From an uncultured beta proteobacterium (GTDB lineage Bacteria; Pseudomonadota; Gammaproteobacteria; Burkholderiales; SG8-39), in NCBI GenBank assembly GCA_903899705.1, contig CAIUKQ010000309.1, positions 6,484-70,483 on the forward strand: DNA of 64,000 nt, written 5' to 3'. Under the pieces are notes generated by a model, which saw only the letters and a program-made list of their open reading frames with translations, had not been told where the DNA came from and searched no databases. Each line of letters opens with the position of its first letter. Within the stretch, counting starts at the first letter, position 1. Shown here piece after piece: positions 27,684 to 37,035 of this stretch. The position numbers were made by a program, and so were the translations under genes.

Positions 27684-28331
27684 ATGTCCGCGATTAAATA
27701 CCTGGTTCTGACCATGCTGGTTGCGGTGCTGGGTGGCTGCGGTTACAACGATATTCAGAGGGAAGACGAGGCCGTCAAGTCGGCGTGGTCCGAAGTGTTG
27801 AACCAGTACCAGCGCCGCGCAGATCTCGTTCCGAATCTGGTCAACACTGTCAAGGGTTTCGCGGCACAGGAGCAGCAGGTGCTGAGTGCGGTTGTCGAGG
27901 CGCGTTCACGCGTGGGCAGCATCCAGGCGACGCCGGAACTGGTGAATGACCCTGAAGCTTTCAAGCGGTTCCAGGATGCGCAAGCCGGTATGTCCAGCGC
28001 ATTGTCGCGGCTGTTGGTGGTGACCGAAAACTATCCCATCCTGAAATCGGATCAGAATTTCCGCGACCTGCAGGCTCAACTGGAGGGCACCGAGAACCGG
28101 ATTACCGTGGCCCGCAACCGGTTCATCAAGGCGGTTCAGACCTATAACGTCCTCGTTCGCCAATTCCCGGTCAACCTGACGGCCATGATGTTCAGCTACG
28201 GAACCAAGGCCAATTTCAGCGTGGAAAACGAGCAGGCGATTGCGAAGCCGTCGACGGTAAGTTTCGACAAGGCCGCGCCGGCACAGGCAGCCAGTCCCGC
28301 GCCCACGGCGCCGGTTGCGCCGGTCAAGTAG
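27684..28331 (+). CDS. LemA family lipoprotein
   Basis: Lipobox VLGGC, WSEVLNQYQRRADLVPNLV, ENYP.LK, LEGTENRITVAR. Confidence 0.94.
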   Translation: MSAIKYLVLTMLVAVLGGCGYNDIQREDEAVKSAWSEVLNQYQRRADLVPNLVNTVKGFAAQEQQVLSAVVEARSRVGSIQATPELVNDPEAFKRFQDAQAGMSSALSRLLVVTENYPILKSDQNFRDLQAQLEGTENRITVARNRFIKAVQTYNVLVRQFPVNLTAMMFSYGTKANFSVENEQAIAKPSTVSFDKAAPAQAASPAPTAPVAPVK

Positions 28332-28334
28332 GTC

Positions 28335-29189
28335 ATGCAATTCCGCCTGATCGGCCTACGCGCGCTGGGCCTGGCGGGATTGTTCGCATGCAGCGCGGTG
28401 TTTGCCGAAGTTGAGGTTGCCGTTCCGCCACTCACCGGCGCGCTGGTCGATCGCACCGGCACCCTGTCCGCACAGGATGTGCGCGCCATTGATACCGATC
28501 TGAAGGCCTTTGCCCAGCGAAAGGGCAGCCAGGTCGCGGTCCTGATGGTGCCCAGCACGAAGCCGGAAACCATCGAACAATATTCATTCCGCGTTGCGGA
28601 AGCCTGGAAAATCGGGCGCGCGAAGGTCGATGACGGTGTGATTCTGGTGATTGCCAAGGACGATCGGACCCTGAGAATTGAGGTGGGCTATGGTCTGGAG
28701 GGGGCTATTCCCGATGCGATTGCAAAGCGGGTCATTAGCGAGGAGATTGCCCCGCGCTTTCGCTCAGGCGATTTTGCGGGGGGCATACGCAGCGGAGTGA
28801 CGACACTGATGAAGCTGGTCGATGGCGAAAAATTGCCGGCGCCGGAGTTTGCCGGATCACATGGCAATGATCCGGACATCGGTGTTCTGCTGGTCCCCCT
28901 CTTTGTCGCAGTCGCGATCGGCAGCGTGCTGGTTGGCTTGCTGGGGCGCTTCGCGGGATCGGCCACCGTGGGCATTGGCTTTGGCGTGGTGGCATGGTGG
29001 ATCATGGGCAGCCTGATTGCAGCGCTCCTGGGATCGTTGGTGGCATTTCTACTGGTGCTGGTCAACGGACTCGGGGGTGGCAGTCGCTTCAGCGGGGGGG
29101 GCGGCAGTTGGGGCGGTGGCAGTTCGGGTGGCGGATTCAGCGGAGGCGGCGGCAGCTTCGGCGGCGGCGGGGCCTCGGGGAACTGGTGA
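28335..29189 (+). CDS. TPM-domain (YgcG-like) membrane protein with Gly-rich tail
   Basis: Signal peptide, PETIEQYS, RIEVGYGLEG, TM segments, GGFSGGGGSFGGGGASGNW. Confidence 0.92.
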   Translation: MQFRLIGLRALGLAGLFACSAVFAEVEVAVPPLTGALVDRTGTLSAQDVRAIDTDLKAFAQRKGSQVAVLMVPSTKPETIEQYSFRVAEAWKIGRAKVDDGVILVIAKDDRTLRIEVGYGLEGAIPDAIAKRVISEEIAPRFRSGDFAGGIRSGVTTLMKLVDGEKLPAPEFAGSHGNDPDIGVLLVPLFVAVAIGSVLVGLLGRFAGSATVGIGFGVVAWWIMGSLIAALLGSLVAFLLVLVNGLGGGSRFSGGGGSWGGGSSGGGFSGGGGSFGGGGASGNW

Positions 29190-29190
29190 C

Positions 29191-29688
29191 ATGGGCGCGA
29201 TACGCTGGTTGAAACATCTTTGCGCGGCGGATTGGCTGCGATGGCGGCAGTTTCCGCGGCCCGTGCTTGCAGCCATCGGGCAAGTCGTCGGGGAGCAGGA
29301 GAAGCGACACGATGGCGAGCTTCGCTTCGTCGTGGAGGGGGGGCTGTCGCCCGCCCGCCTTTTCCGCGGAATGCATTCGCGCGCGCGGGCGGTGGAGTTG
29401 TTTGGCGTCTTGCGTGTATGGGATACCGAGCACAACAGCGGCGTGCTGATATACGTCCTGCTTGCCGACCGCGCCGTTGAAATTCTTGCTGATCGCGGCA
29501 TACAGGCGTGTGTGGGCAATCCGGTCTGGGAACGCATCTGCGGGGAAATGCGTGGGCATTTTTCCGCCGGTGAATTCGAATTGGGATCTGCCCATGGAAT
29601 TCGTGCCATCAGCGACGTACTGGCTGCGCATTTTCCGGCGGTCGGGAGCAATCCCAACGAATTGCCGGACAAGCCGCTGGTGCTGTGA
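29191..29688 (+). CDS. TPM-domain protein (short type)
   Basis: GELRFVVE, RA.ELF..LRVWDTEHNSGVLIY, EILADRGI, NELPD.P; third gene of the lemA-TPM-TPM trio. Confidence 0.9.
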   Translation: MGAIRWLKHLCAADWLRWRQFPRPVLAAIGQVVGEQEKRHDGELRFVVEGGLSPARLFRGMHSRARAVELFGVLRVWDTEHNSGVLIYVLLADRAVEILADRGIQACVGNPVWERICGEMRGHFSAGEFELGSAHGIRAISDVLAAHFPAVGSNPNELPDKPLVL

Positions 29689-29712
29689 TCAGCCGGCCGG
29701 CTCAGCCCGCGA

Positions 29713-31014
29713 TCATTCCAGCGGTTTTTCCATGCCGATCAGGTGCAGTGAATCGGCCTTCAGCTGATTGCGGCGGTGAAGGCGCATCACCATCCAGGTC
29801 GCGCCGGACAGGAAGAGTCCAAACAGCACGATGATGGCGTTGATGTGCAGTTCCTGCCCGACCATGAAGGAATAAAGCGCCAGCATGATCAGGATCGACG
29901 TGTTTTCGTTGAAATTCTGGACTGCGATCGAATGTCCCGCGGAGAGCAGCACGTGACCGCGATGCTGCAGCAGTGCGTTCATCGGCACCACGAAAAAGCC
30001 CGCCAACGCACCGATGAAAATCAACAAGGCATAGACCAGCGGAAGCCAGGTGACGGCGATCATCGCGATCACCACCAGCCCCATGGCGACTCCGGCGGGC
30101 AGGACATTGAGCGATTTCTTGAGGGGAATGAATCGGGCGGCAAATACGGCGCCCATCGCCACACCAACCGCGGTCATGCCCTGCAGGATCGCCGCCTTGT
30201 CCAGCGCGAGGCCGAGGTGCTTGTCCGCCCAGGCAAGAACGATGAACTGGAGTGTGGCCCCGGCGCCCCAGAAAAGCGTCGTAATTGAAAGCGATATCTG
30301 CCCGAGCTTGTCCTTCCATAGCGTGCTGAAGCAATGCGCGAATTCGCTGACCTGCCGAACGGGGTTGCGGGTCTGCGTTTCGTAGCGCACGCCGGTATCT
30401 GGAATGAAAAGGTTGAAGGCCGCGGCTATGATGTAGCTGAGGGCGATGATGGGGATCGCGGCCTCGGCCGGCGTATCGATGCCGGTGTCCAGGTGGGGAA
30501 TGTCAATGGACAGCAGGACGTTGGAAATTCGCGGACTGATAAGCGCACCGCCCAGCACCGTGCCCAGGATGATGGAGGTCACAGTCAGACCCTCGATCCA
30601 TCCATTGGCGAGAACGAGTTGCCGTGCAGGCAGCAATTCGGTCAGGATGCCGTATTTGGCCGGTGAGTAGGCGGCGGCACCCATTCCGACAAGGCCATAG
30701 GACATGAGCACCCAGATATCGGAACGGACGCCCAGCGTGCCCGCACTGGCGTAGAAAAACATCATCATGCAGCCGCATACCTTGATGGTGTTGGTGATGA
30801 ACATCACCTTGCCCTTGGGCAGAGAGTCGGCGAACGCCCCGACAAAAGGCGCGAGCAGCACGTAGGAAACCGTGAAAAAGAACTTCAGCAGCGGCGTCAT
30901 CCATGCCGGGCCCTGCATCTCCATCAGCAGGGCGATCGACGCGATGAGCAACGCATTGTCGGCAAGCGAACTGAAAAATTGCGCCGCCATGATGGTGTAG
31001 AAGCCGCGCTTCAT
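29713..31014 (-). CDS. lplT: Lysophospholipid transporter (MFS)
   Basis: MKRGFYTIMAAQFFSSLADNALL, YSPAKYGILTE, VPMNALLQHRG, SIAVQNFNEN. Confidence 0.93.
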   Translation of the reverse strand: MKRGFYTIMAAQFFSSLADNALLIASIALLMEMQGPAWMTPLLKFFFTVSYVLLAPFVGAFADSLPKGKVMFITNTIKVCGCMMMFFYASAGTLGVRSDIWVLMSYGLVGMGAAAYSPAKYGILTELLPARQLVLANGWIEGLTVTSIILGTVLGGALISPRISNVLLSIDIPHLDTGIDTPAEAAIPIIALSYIIAAAFNLFIPDTGVRYETQTRNPVRQVSEFAHCFSTLWKDKLGQISLSITTLFWGAGATLQFIVLAWADKHLGLALDKAAILQGMTAVGVAMGAVFAARFIPLKKSLNVLPAGVAMGLVVIAMIAVTWLPLVYALLIFIGALAGFFVVPMNALLQHRGHVLLSAGHSIAVQNFNENTSILIMLALYSFMVGQELHINAIIVLFGLFLSGATWMVMRLHRRNQLKADSLHLIGMEKPLE

Positions 31015-31300
31015 GCCTTCATGTCTTCCGATATCTTATTGCGGCCAACCGGTTGGTCGAACCATTCCCAGCCATTTCTGTTTCCTCCTGATCGCGTCGC
31101 TTTGCGTCGCGATCCTGCACCGTATCGTCGGTGCTTTTCAGAGTGCGGCTTTATACCATGGCCGCGTGAACAAATGGCTACCAAAATGCCCGGCGAAGCG
31201 CGACCCGGACCCCGATGCGTGTGCGGATTCGGGCATGGAACCGGTGCCGCGCGGGTTTTGTCAAGTGGCCGTGCCCCTGTAGATGTGTTTGAATCGCCCG

Positions 31301-32368
31301 ATGAGACCGATTCAGGCAAAAATCGACTTGAGCGCGCTGCGTGGCAATCTCGAATTGCTGAGAAGGCACGCGGGCGATGCACGAATATGGGGCATTGCCA
31401 AGGCCGATGCCTACGGCCACGGGCTCGCCAGGATTCAGCACGCGCTTGCCGCGGCTGACGGGCTGGCGCTGCTGGAACTGGACGCGGCGATTGCCGCGCG
31501 GGATCGGGGCTGGGCCAAACCCATACTCCTGCTGGAAGGATTTTTTGAACCCTCCGAGCTCGAATGGTTCGCTCAGCATCGGCTGACTGCCGTGGTCCAT
31601 CAGGAAGAGCAGATTGCGATGCTCCAATCGGCGCGCATCGGCGCCCCGATTGACGTCTACCTCAAAGTGAATTCGGGAATGAACCGGCTGGGATTCACCG
31701 GTTCCGGTACGCGGGCGGCGCTTGAGCGGTTGCGCGCCACCGCAAAGGTATCGAAAGTCACCCTGATGACGCATTTCGCAGACGCGGACGGGGATCGCGG
31801 CGTGGAGGAACAGTCGAAGGCATTCGACGAACTGGTCAGGACGCTGGGTTTGCCATCGAGCAGCGCCAATTCCGCGGCGCTTCTGCGGTATCCGCACACC
31901 CATGGCGATTGGGTGCGGCCGGGCATATTCCTTTATGGTTGCTCGCCGTTTCCAGAGCAAAGCGCACAGTCCCTGGGGGCTCGTCCCGTAATGACGCTGG
32001 GGAGCCGCATTATTGCGGTTCAGTCCGTGGAGCAGGGCGCCAGAGTGGGTTACTCCGGCACTTTCATCGCGCCGCGCCCCATGCGGATCGGAGTGGTTGC
32101 CTGCGGGTATGCGGATGGATATCCGCGCCATGCGCCAGCCGGAACGCCTGTATTGGTCAATGGCGTGCGCACGCAAACTCTGGGAAGGGTGTCCATGGAC
32201 ATGCTTTTTGTCAATCTCGACAATGTTGCCGATGCGGGTGTGGGGAGCGAGGTCACCCTGTGGGGCGAGGGACTCTCTGCCGATGAGGTGGCCGCTAGTG
32301 CGGGAACCGTGAGTTACGAATTGCTCTGCGGTCTTGCGGCGCGCGTACCGGTGACGGTGGTCGGCTGA
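31301..32368 (+). CDS. alr: Alanine racemase
   Basis: MRPIQAKIDL, AKADAYGHG (PLP Lys), SGMNRLG, GYADGYPR, GRVSMDM, YELLC. Confidence 0.96.
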   Translation: MRPIQAKIDLSALRGNLELLRRHAGDARIWGIAKADAYGHGLARIQHALAAADGLALLELDAAIAARDRGWAKPILLLEGFFEPSELEWFAQHRLTAVVHQEEQIAMLQSARIGAPIDVYLKVNSGMNRLGFTGSGTRAALERLRATAKVSKVTLMTHFADADGDRGVEEQSKAFDELVRTLGLPSSSANSAALLRYPHTHGDWVRPGIFLYGCSPFPEQSAQSLGARPVMTLGSRIIAVQSVEQGARVGYSGTFIAPRPMRIGVVACGYADGYPRHAPAGTPVLVNGVRTQTLGRVSMDMLFVNLDNVADAGVGSEVTLWGEGLSADEVAASAGTVSYELLCGLAARVPVTVVG

Positions 32369-33729
32369 TGGCCCGCGTCAAAACCAATTACTCCTGCACG
32401 GAGTGCGGCGCCATATCCAACAAGTGGCAGGGCCAATGCGCGAGTTGCAGTGCCTGGAATACGCTGGTCGAGTCGATTGCCGAGGCGCCTGCGGGAGAGC
32501 GCCACCGCTTCGCCGGCCTTGCCAAGGCTTCGAATCTGCAACTACTCTCGGAGGTCAGCGCCAGGGACGCGCCGCGCGTGCCCACCGGCATTGGCGAGTT
32601 TGATCGCGTGCTGGGCGGCGGCATGGTCGCCGGTCAGGTGATTCTGATCGGTGGTGATCCCGGCGTTGGCAAATCAACCCTGCTGCTGCAGGCCATGGCC
32701 CAAATGAGCGCCTCGCACCTGGCGGTTTATGTGAGCGGCGAGGAATCCGCGGAACAGGTTGCGCTGCGCGCGCAACGGCTGGCCCTGGCTCCCGGCGAGA
32801 TGCAGTTGCTGGCGGAAATACAGCTCGAACGAATTCTCTCGGCGCTGGAGAAGGCCAAGCCCGAGATTGCGGTGATTGATTCGATCCAGACGCTGTACTC
32901 CGAGCAGCTCACTTCCGCACCGGGGTCGGTGGCGCAGGTTCGCGAATGCGTGGCTCAACTCGCACGCTATGCCAAGCAGTCGGGGACGGTGATCGTTCTG
33001 GTGGGGCATGTCACCAAGGAGGGAGCGCTTGCCGGGCCCCGCGTGGTCGAGCACATTGTCGATACGGTTCTTTATTTCGAGGGCGACACCCACCAGAGTT
33101 TCCGGCTTGTGCGGGCTTTCAAGAACCGCTTCGGCGCGGTGAATGAACTGGGCGTCTTCGCCATGACCGACAAGGGGCTGCGCGGCGTGGCCAACCCCTC
33201 GGCGTTGTTTCTCTCCCAGCATTCGGGGGATGTGGCCGGTTCCTGCATTCTGGTGACCCAGGAAGGTACTCGCCCCCTGCTGGTGGAGATTCAGGCGTTG
33301 GTGGACAACTCGCACGCGCCCAATCCGCGCCGCCTGTCAGTGGGGCTGGAACAGAACCGCCTGGCGATGCTGCTGGCGGTTTTGAACCGGCACGCGGGCA
33401 TTGCCTGTCACGATCAGGACGTATTCGTCAACGCGGTGGGCGGGGTGCGCATCAGCGAGCCGGCGGCGGACTTGGCGGTGCTCCTCGCGATCGTCTCCTC
33501 CCTCACCAACCGGCCGCTGCCCGGCAAGCTCGCGGTCTTCGGCGAAGTCGGGCTGGCGGGCGAGGTGCGGCCTGCGCCGCGAGGTCAGGATCGATTGCGG
33601 GAAGCGGCAAAGCTGGGCTTCACGCAGGCTATCATTCCGATGGCCAACAAGCCGCGGCAGAAGGTCGACGGAATCGAAATCATTGCTGTGGACCGTGTTG
33701 CCGATGCCCTGGCGCGTTTTCGCGGCTAG
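32368..33729 (+). CDS. radA: DNA repair protein RadA/Sms
   Basis: C4 zinc finger, GDPGVGKSTL, KNRFG, Lon-like C-terminal domain (GEVGLAGEVR). Confidence 0.97.
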   Translation: MARVKTNYSCTECGAISNKWQGQCASCSAWNTLVESIAEAPAGERHRFAGLAKASNLQLLSEVSARDAPRVPTGIGEFDRVLGGGMVAGQVILIGGDPGVGKSTLLLQAMAQMSASHLAVYVSGEESAEQVALRAQRLALAPGEMQLLAEIQLERILSALEKAKPEIAVIDSIQTLYSEQLTSAPGSVAQVRECVAQLARYAKQSGTVIVLVGHVTKEGALAGPRVVEHIVDTVLYFEGDTHQSFRLVRAFKNRFGAVNELGVFAMTDKGLRGVANPSALFLSQHSGDVAGSCILVTQEGTRPLLVEIQALVDNSHAPNPRRLSVGLEQNRLAMLLAVLNRHAGIACHDQDVFVNAVGGVRISEPAADLAVLLAIVSSLTNRPLPGKLAVFGEVGLAGEVRPAPRGQDRLREAAKLGFTQAIIPMANKPRQKVDGIEIIAVDRVADALARFRG

Positions 33730-33812
33730 GTATTTCGGGCCTGATGTGGTCGGATAATGCGATCCCCGGCGGGCACTTTTGTACTTTAATCACATAAATT
33801 ATTGATTATTAT

Positions 33813-35228
33813 ATGAAAAAAAGCATCGCTTGCGCATTGGTTGCGACACTTCAGGTAATCTCCCCGGCTGTTTTCGCACAGCAGGCCACGCCAGGCCCCA
33901 TGCAACTTCAGTTGCGGGATGTTTATCGCGAACTGGTGGAAATTAACACCACCGACTCTTCCGGGAGTTGCACGGATGCAGCGCGGGCAATGGGTGAGCG
34001 CCTTCGTAAGGCCGGCCTGGCCGACACCGATGTCCAGGTGCTGGTCCCTCCCGGCGCGCCGAAGAAGGGAAATCTGGTCGCCCGGTTTCGCGGGACCGGG
34101 GCGAAAAAGCCCCTGCTGCTGCTCGCGCACATCGACGTGGTGGAGGCCAAGCGCGAAGACTGGAAGCGCGATCCATTCAAGCTGGTTGAAGAAGACGGCC
34201 ACTTCTATGCGCGGGGTGCGGCCGATGACAAAGCCATGGCGGCCGCGTTCGTCGCGAATCTGATGCGGTTCCGGTCCGAGAAGTACCGCCCCGACCGCGA
34301 TGTCGTGCTGGCGCTGACCTGCGACGAGGAAATCATTCCGTCTCCGGCCAACGGCGTCGAATACCTGCTTAAAAACCATCGGGCACTTCTGGATGCCGAA
34401 CTCGCCCTCAACGAAGGTGGCGGCGGCCAGTTGGACAAGAGCGGTAAGCGTGTTCGCATGACCATTCAGGCCGGCGAAAAGGTTTTTCAGAGCTACCGGC
34501 TGGAAGTGACCAATCCGGGCGGGCACAGTGCGCAACCGCGCAAAGACAATGCCCTGTACGACCTTGCAAGGGGACTGGCACGACTGGGTGACTTCGATTT
34601 TCCGGCGAAGCTGCTGCCGGTGACCAGAGCCAGCTTCGCGCGCATGGCCGACATTCTGGGCGGGCCAGTCGGACAGGATCTGAAGTTGGTTGCAGGTGAT
34701 CCGCCGGATGTTGAAGCGATTGCGCGACTTTCACGTAATCCCTCGTACAACGCGCAATTGCGCACCACCTGCGTTGCGACCATGGCCGATGCAGGCGAGG
34801 CTACCAATGCCCTGCCGCAGCGCGCCCGGGCAGTGGTCAACTGTCGCGTGCTGCCCGGCGAATCGGTGGCCGAGGTCACCAGCACCCTCGTGCGGGTGCT
34901 CGACAATGAGCGCATCACGGTGACGCCGATGGGCGAGGCGGTGCTTTCGCCCCCGGCCCCGCTCGATGAGCGCATTTTGGGCCCGGTGAAAGCCGTGTCC
35001 GATGCCATGTGGCCGGGCGTGCCTCTGGTGGCCACCATGTCGGCTGGCGCCACCGACTCGCGCTTTCTCAACAATGCGGGCATTCCGACATACGGTGTCA
35101 GCGGCATGTTCAACGAATCCGAATCCGCGGGCGTGCATGCATTGAATGAACGACTGCCGGTTCGCTCGCTTTATGAAGGTCAGGAATTTCTTTACCGGCT
35201 GGTGAAGACGCTGGCCGGCGGACGCTGA
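33813..35228 (+). CDS. Exported M20/M25/M40 family metallopeptidase/amidohydrolase
   Basis: Signal peptide ..AVFA/Q, LAHIDVV, GAADDK, DEE, NEGG, GGHS, GATDSR, H..NER. Confidence 0.9.
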   Translation: MKKSIACALVATLQVISPAVFAQQATPGPMQLQLRDVYRELVEINTTDSSGSCTDAARAMGERLRKAGLADTDVQVLVPPGAPKKGNLVARFRGTGAKKPLLLLAHIDVVEAKREDWKRDPFKLVEEDGHFYARGAADDKAMAAAFVANLMRFRSEKYRPDRDVVLALTCDEEIIPSPANGVEYLLKNHRALLDAELALNEGGGGQLDKSGKRVRMTIQAGEKVFQSYRLEVTNPGGHSAQPRKDNALYDLARGLARLGDFDFPAKLLPVTRASFARMADILGGPVGQDLKLVAGDPPDVEAIARLSRNPSYNAQLRTTCVATMADAGEATNALPQRARAVVNCRVLPGESVAEVTSTLVRVLDNERITVTPMGEAVLSPPAPLDERILGPVKAVSDAMWPGVPLVATMSAGATDSRFLNNAGIPTYGVSGMFNESESAGVHALNERLPVRSLYEGQEFLYRLVKTLAGGR

Positions 35229-35249
35229 GCAAGTCCTGAAAATGTGCGG

Positions 35250-36020
35250 ATGACGGAAATTCACGCTTCCCGAAAATACGCACGCTGGCCGGCCCGGGTC
35301 CTCCTCGCGCTGCCCCTCGGTATGGCCTTCGGGGCCTATGCGCAATCGCAGGTCGTGAGCATTTCGATAGCCGGTACGCTCAATAAAGGACACGTCGAGG
35401 CGATGCGCTCGGCCATCCAGAAAATGCGTGGTGAACCGCTGCCCACCGGTTTGATTATCATCGTGGACAGTCCCGGTGGCGACGGCCGCGCTGCAATCGA
35501 AATGGGCCGCATGGCAAGGGTGCACAACGCCCATATCTTTGTCAGGGGGACCTGCCGCAGCGCCTGCACCTTTCTGTTTGCCGGCGGCGTCTATCGCGAT
35601 GCGCGCGCCTTCGACATCGGCATCCACCGGGCGCGAATCACGCGGCCGGTACCTGGAGGCGGCGAGGTCGATGTCGACCTCGCTGCCAATCCGCAGGCGC
35701 GCGAACTGCTTGATATTGCCGAAGGTGAAGCTCGGGACTATCTTGCGGAAATGGGTGTGCCAAGATTGTTCGAGGCGATGCAGAAGACGCCTGCCTCGCA
35801 GATGCGGTTGTTGCGAACAGACGAGGCGAAGGAACTGGGGTTGCTCGGGTTCGATGCCGCGTATCTCGAGCGCCAATTCGACAAGACCCGGCCGCGCTAT
35901 GGTTTCAGCCGCGAGAGATTGCTGGAGCGCGCCAGCCATGTTCGCGACCGCTGCGAGCAGGAACTCAACGACCCCTCCAAATTTGTTGCCTGCTACCGTC
36001 CTGCCATTCTCGCCGACTGA
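35250..36020 (+). CDS. Exported hypothetical protein with ClpP/crotonase-like motifs
   Basis: Signal-like ..AFGAYA/Q, VDSPGG, CRSACTFLFAG, IGIHR; start uncertain (GTG 35244 or ATG 35250). Confidence 0.65.
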   Translation: MTEIHASRKYARWPARVLLALPLGMAFGAYAQSQVVSISIAGTLNKGHVEAMRSAIQKMRGEPLPTGLIIIVDSPGGDGRAAIEMGRMARVHNAHIFVRGTCRSACTFLFAGGVYRDARAFDIGIHRARITRPVPGGGEVDVDLAANPQARELLDIAEGEARDYLAEMGVPRLFEAMQKTPASQMRLLRTDEAKELGLLGFDAAYLERQFDKTRPRYGFSRERLLERASHVRDRCEQELNDPSKFVACYRPAILAD

Positions 36021-36108
36021 CGCATCTCCCGGCCGACGTACGCGGTTCCGGCAGGCTGTGTAACATGTCGCGCTCTTTGAAGCGTTTACCCATTATTTGG
36101 AGGAGTTT

Positions 36109-37035
36109 ATGAAGATCGTCGTTTTTGGTCCGGACCGCCGCGTCGGCGCGCTGGAAGGCAGCAAAGTCATCGATTTGAACCGCGTCGATTCGAGCATACC
36201 GGCCGATCTGGCCGCGATGATTGCGGCCGGCAAGCCGGCCATCGAGGCCGCGAAAAAGGCGATTGCAAAAGCGTCAGGCGATGCAGTGCAGGATGCTGCC
36301 AAGGTCAAGCTGCATGCGCCCTGGCCCGGCAAGCGCATTGCCATGGTGGGGGGCAATTACGCCGACCACCTGGCCGGCATGGAAGCCAACATGCACAACA
36401 AGCCGCTCACCGGCGACTCGATCAAGCAGGCCTACGAGGTGGCGCGCAGCAAGGGCCACTGGGGATTCTGGAAGGTGCTGGACGAGTGCGCCGGCGACGG
36501 CGACGAGGTGCCGTTTCCCAAGCGAACCAAGTACCTGGATTACGAAGGTGAAGTGGCCATTGTCATCGGCAAACGGGGCAAGGACATCAAGGCATCGCAG
36601 GTTGCCGATTACGTCTGGGGCGTGACCATGATCAACGACTGGAGCATTCGCGACGGCAATGCGCTTCCGCGAGGGATGAGCTACAACACCGCAAAGAACT
36701 TCGACCGTTCCTGCTCTGTCGGCCCCTGCATCGTCGTTGGCGAAGTGGACTTCCAGAACGTGGATGCCCAGACCAAGGTCAACGGCGAGGTGCGTCAGAG
36801 CTTCAACAGCAAGGACATGATTTTCAATTTCGGTGAAGTCCTTGAGTTCCTGTCGCAGGACTTCAGCTTTGTGCCCGGGGACATCATCAGCGGCGGCACG
36901 GCCAAGGGAACGGCGGCCGACCAGACCAAGAAAAATGCCGACGGCACGAAACCGACCGACCTGTTCCTCAAGCCGGGCGATACCGTGGAGATATCCTCAC
37001 CCCAGATCGGCAGCGTCAGCAACAAGTTGGTCTGA
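36109..37035 (+). CDS. Fumarylacetoacetate hydrolase family protein
   Basis: GGNYADH, LDYEGEVAIVIG, NDWSIRD, KNFD, GDIISGGT; ATG behind GGAGGAG. Confidence 0.9.
   Translation: MKIVVFGPDRRVGALEGSKVIDLNRVDSSIPADLAAMIAAGKPAIEAAKKAIAKASGDAVQDAAKVKLHAPWPGKRIAMVGGNYADHLAGMEANMHNKPLTGDSIKQAYEVARSKGHWGFWKVLDECAGDGDEVPFPKRTKYLDYEGEVAIVIGKRGKDIKASQVADYVWGVTMINDWSIRDGNALPRGMSYNTAKNFDRSCSVGPCIVVGEVDFQNVDAQTKVNGEVRQSFNSKDMIFNFGEVLEFLSQDFSFVPGDIISGGTAKGTAADQTKKNADGTKPTDLFLKPGDTVEISSPQIGSVSNKLV

Noticed and set aside
29073..29186. G-rich low-complexity repeat
   Set aside because: It encodes the ordinary Gly-rich tail of the TPM protein
31015..31300. Structured lplT-alr intergenic region as a riboswitch or sRNA
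   Set aside because: Only short hairpins (e.g. GGCCAACC-GGTTGGTC) and no recognisable Rfam-like motif; an Infernal scan would be needed
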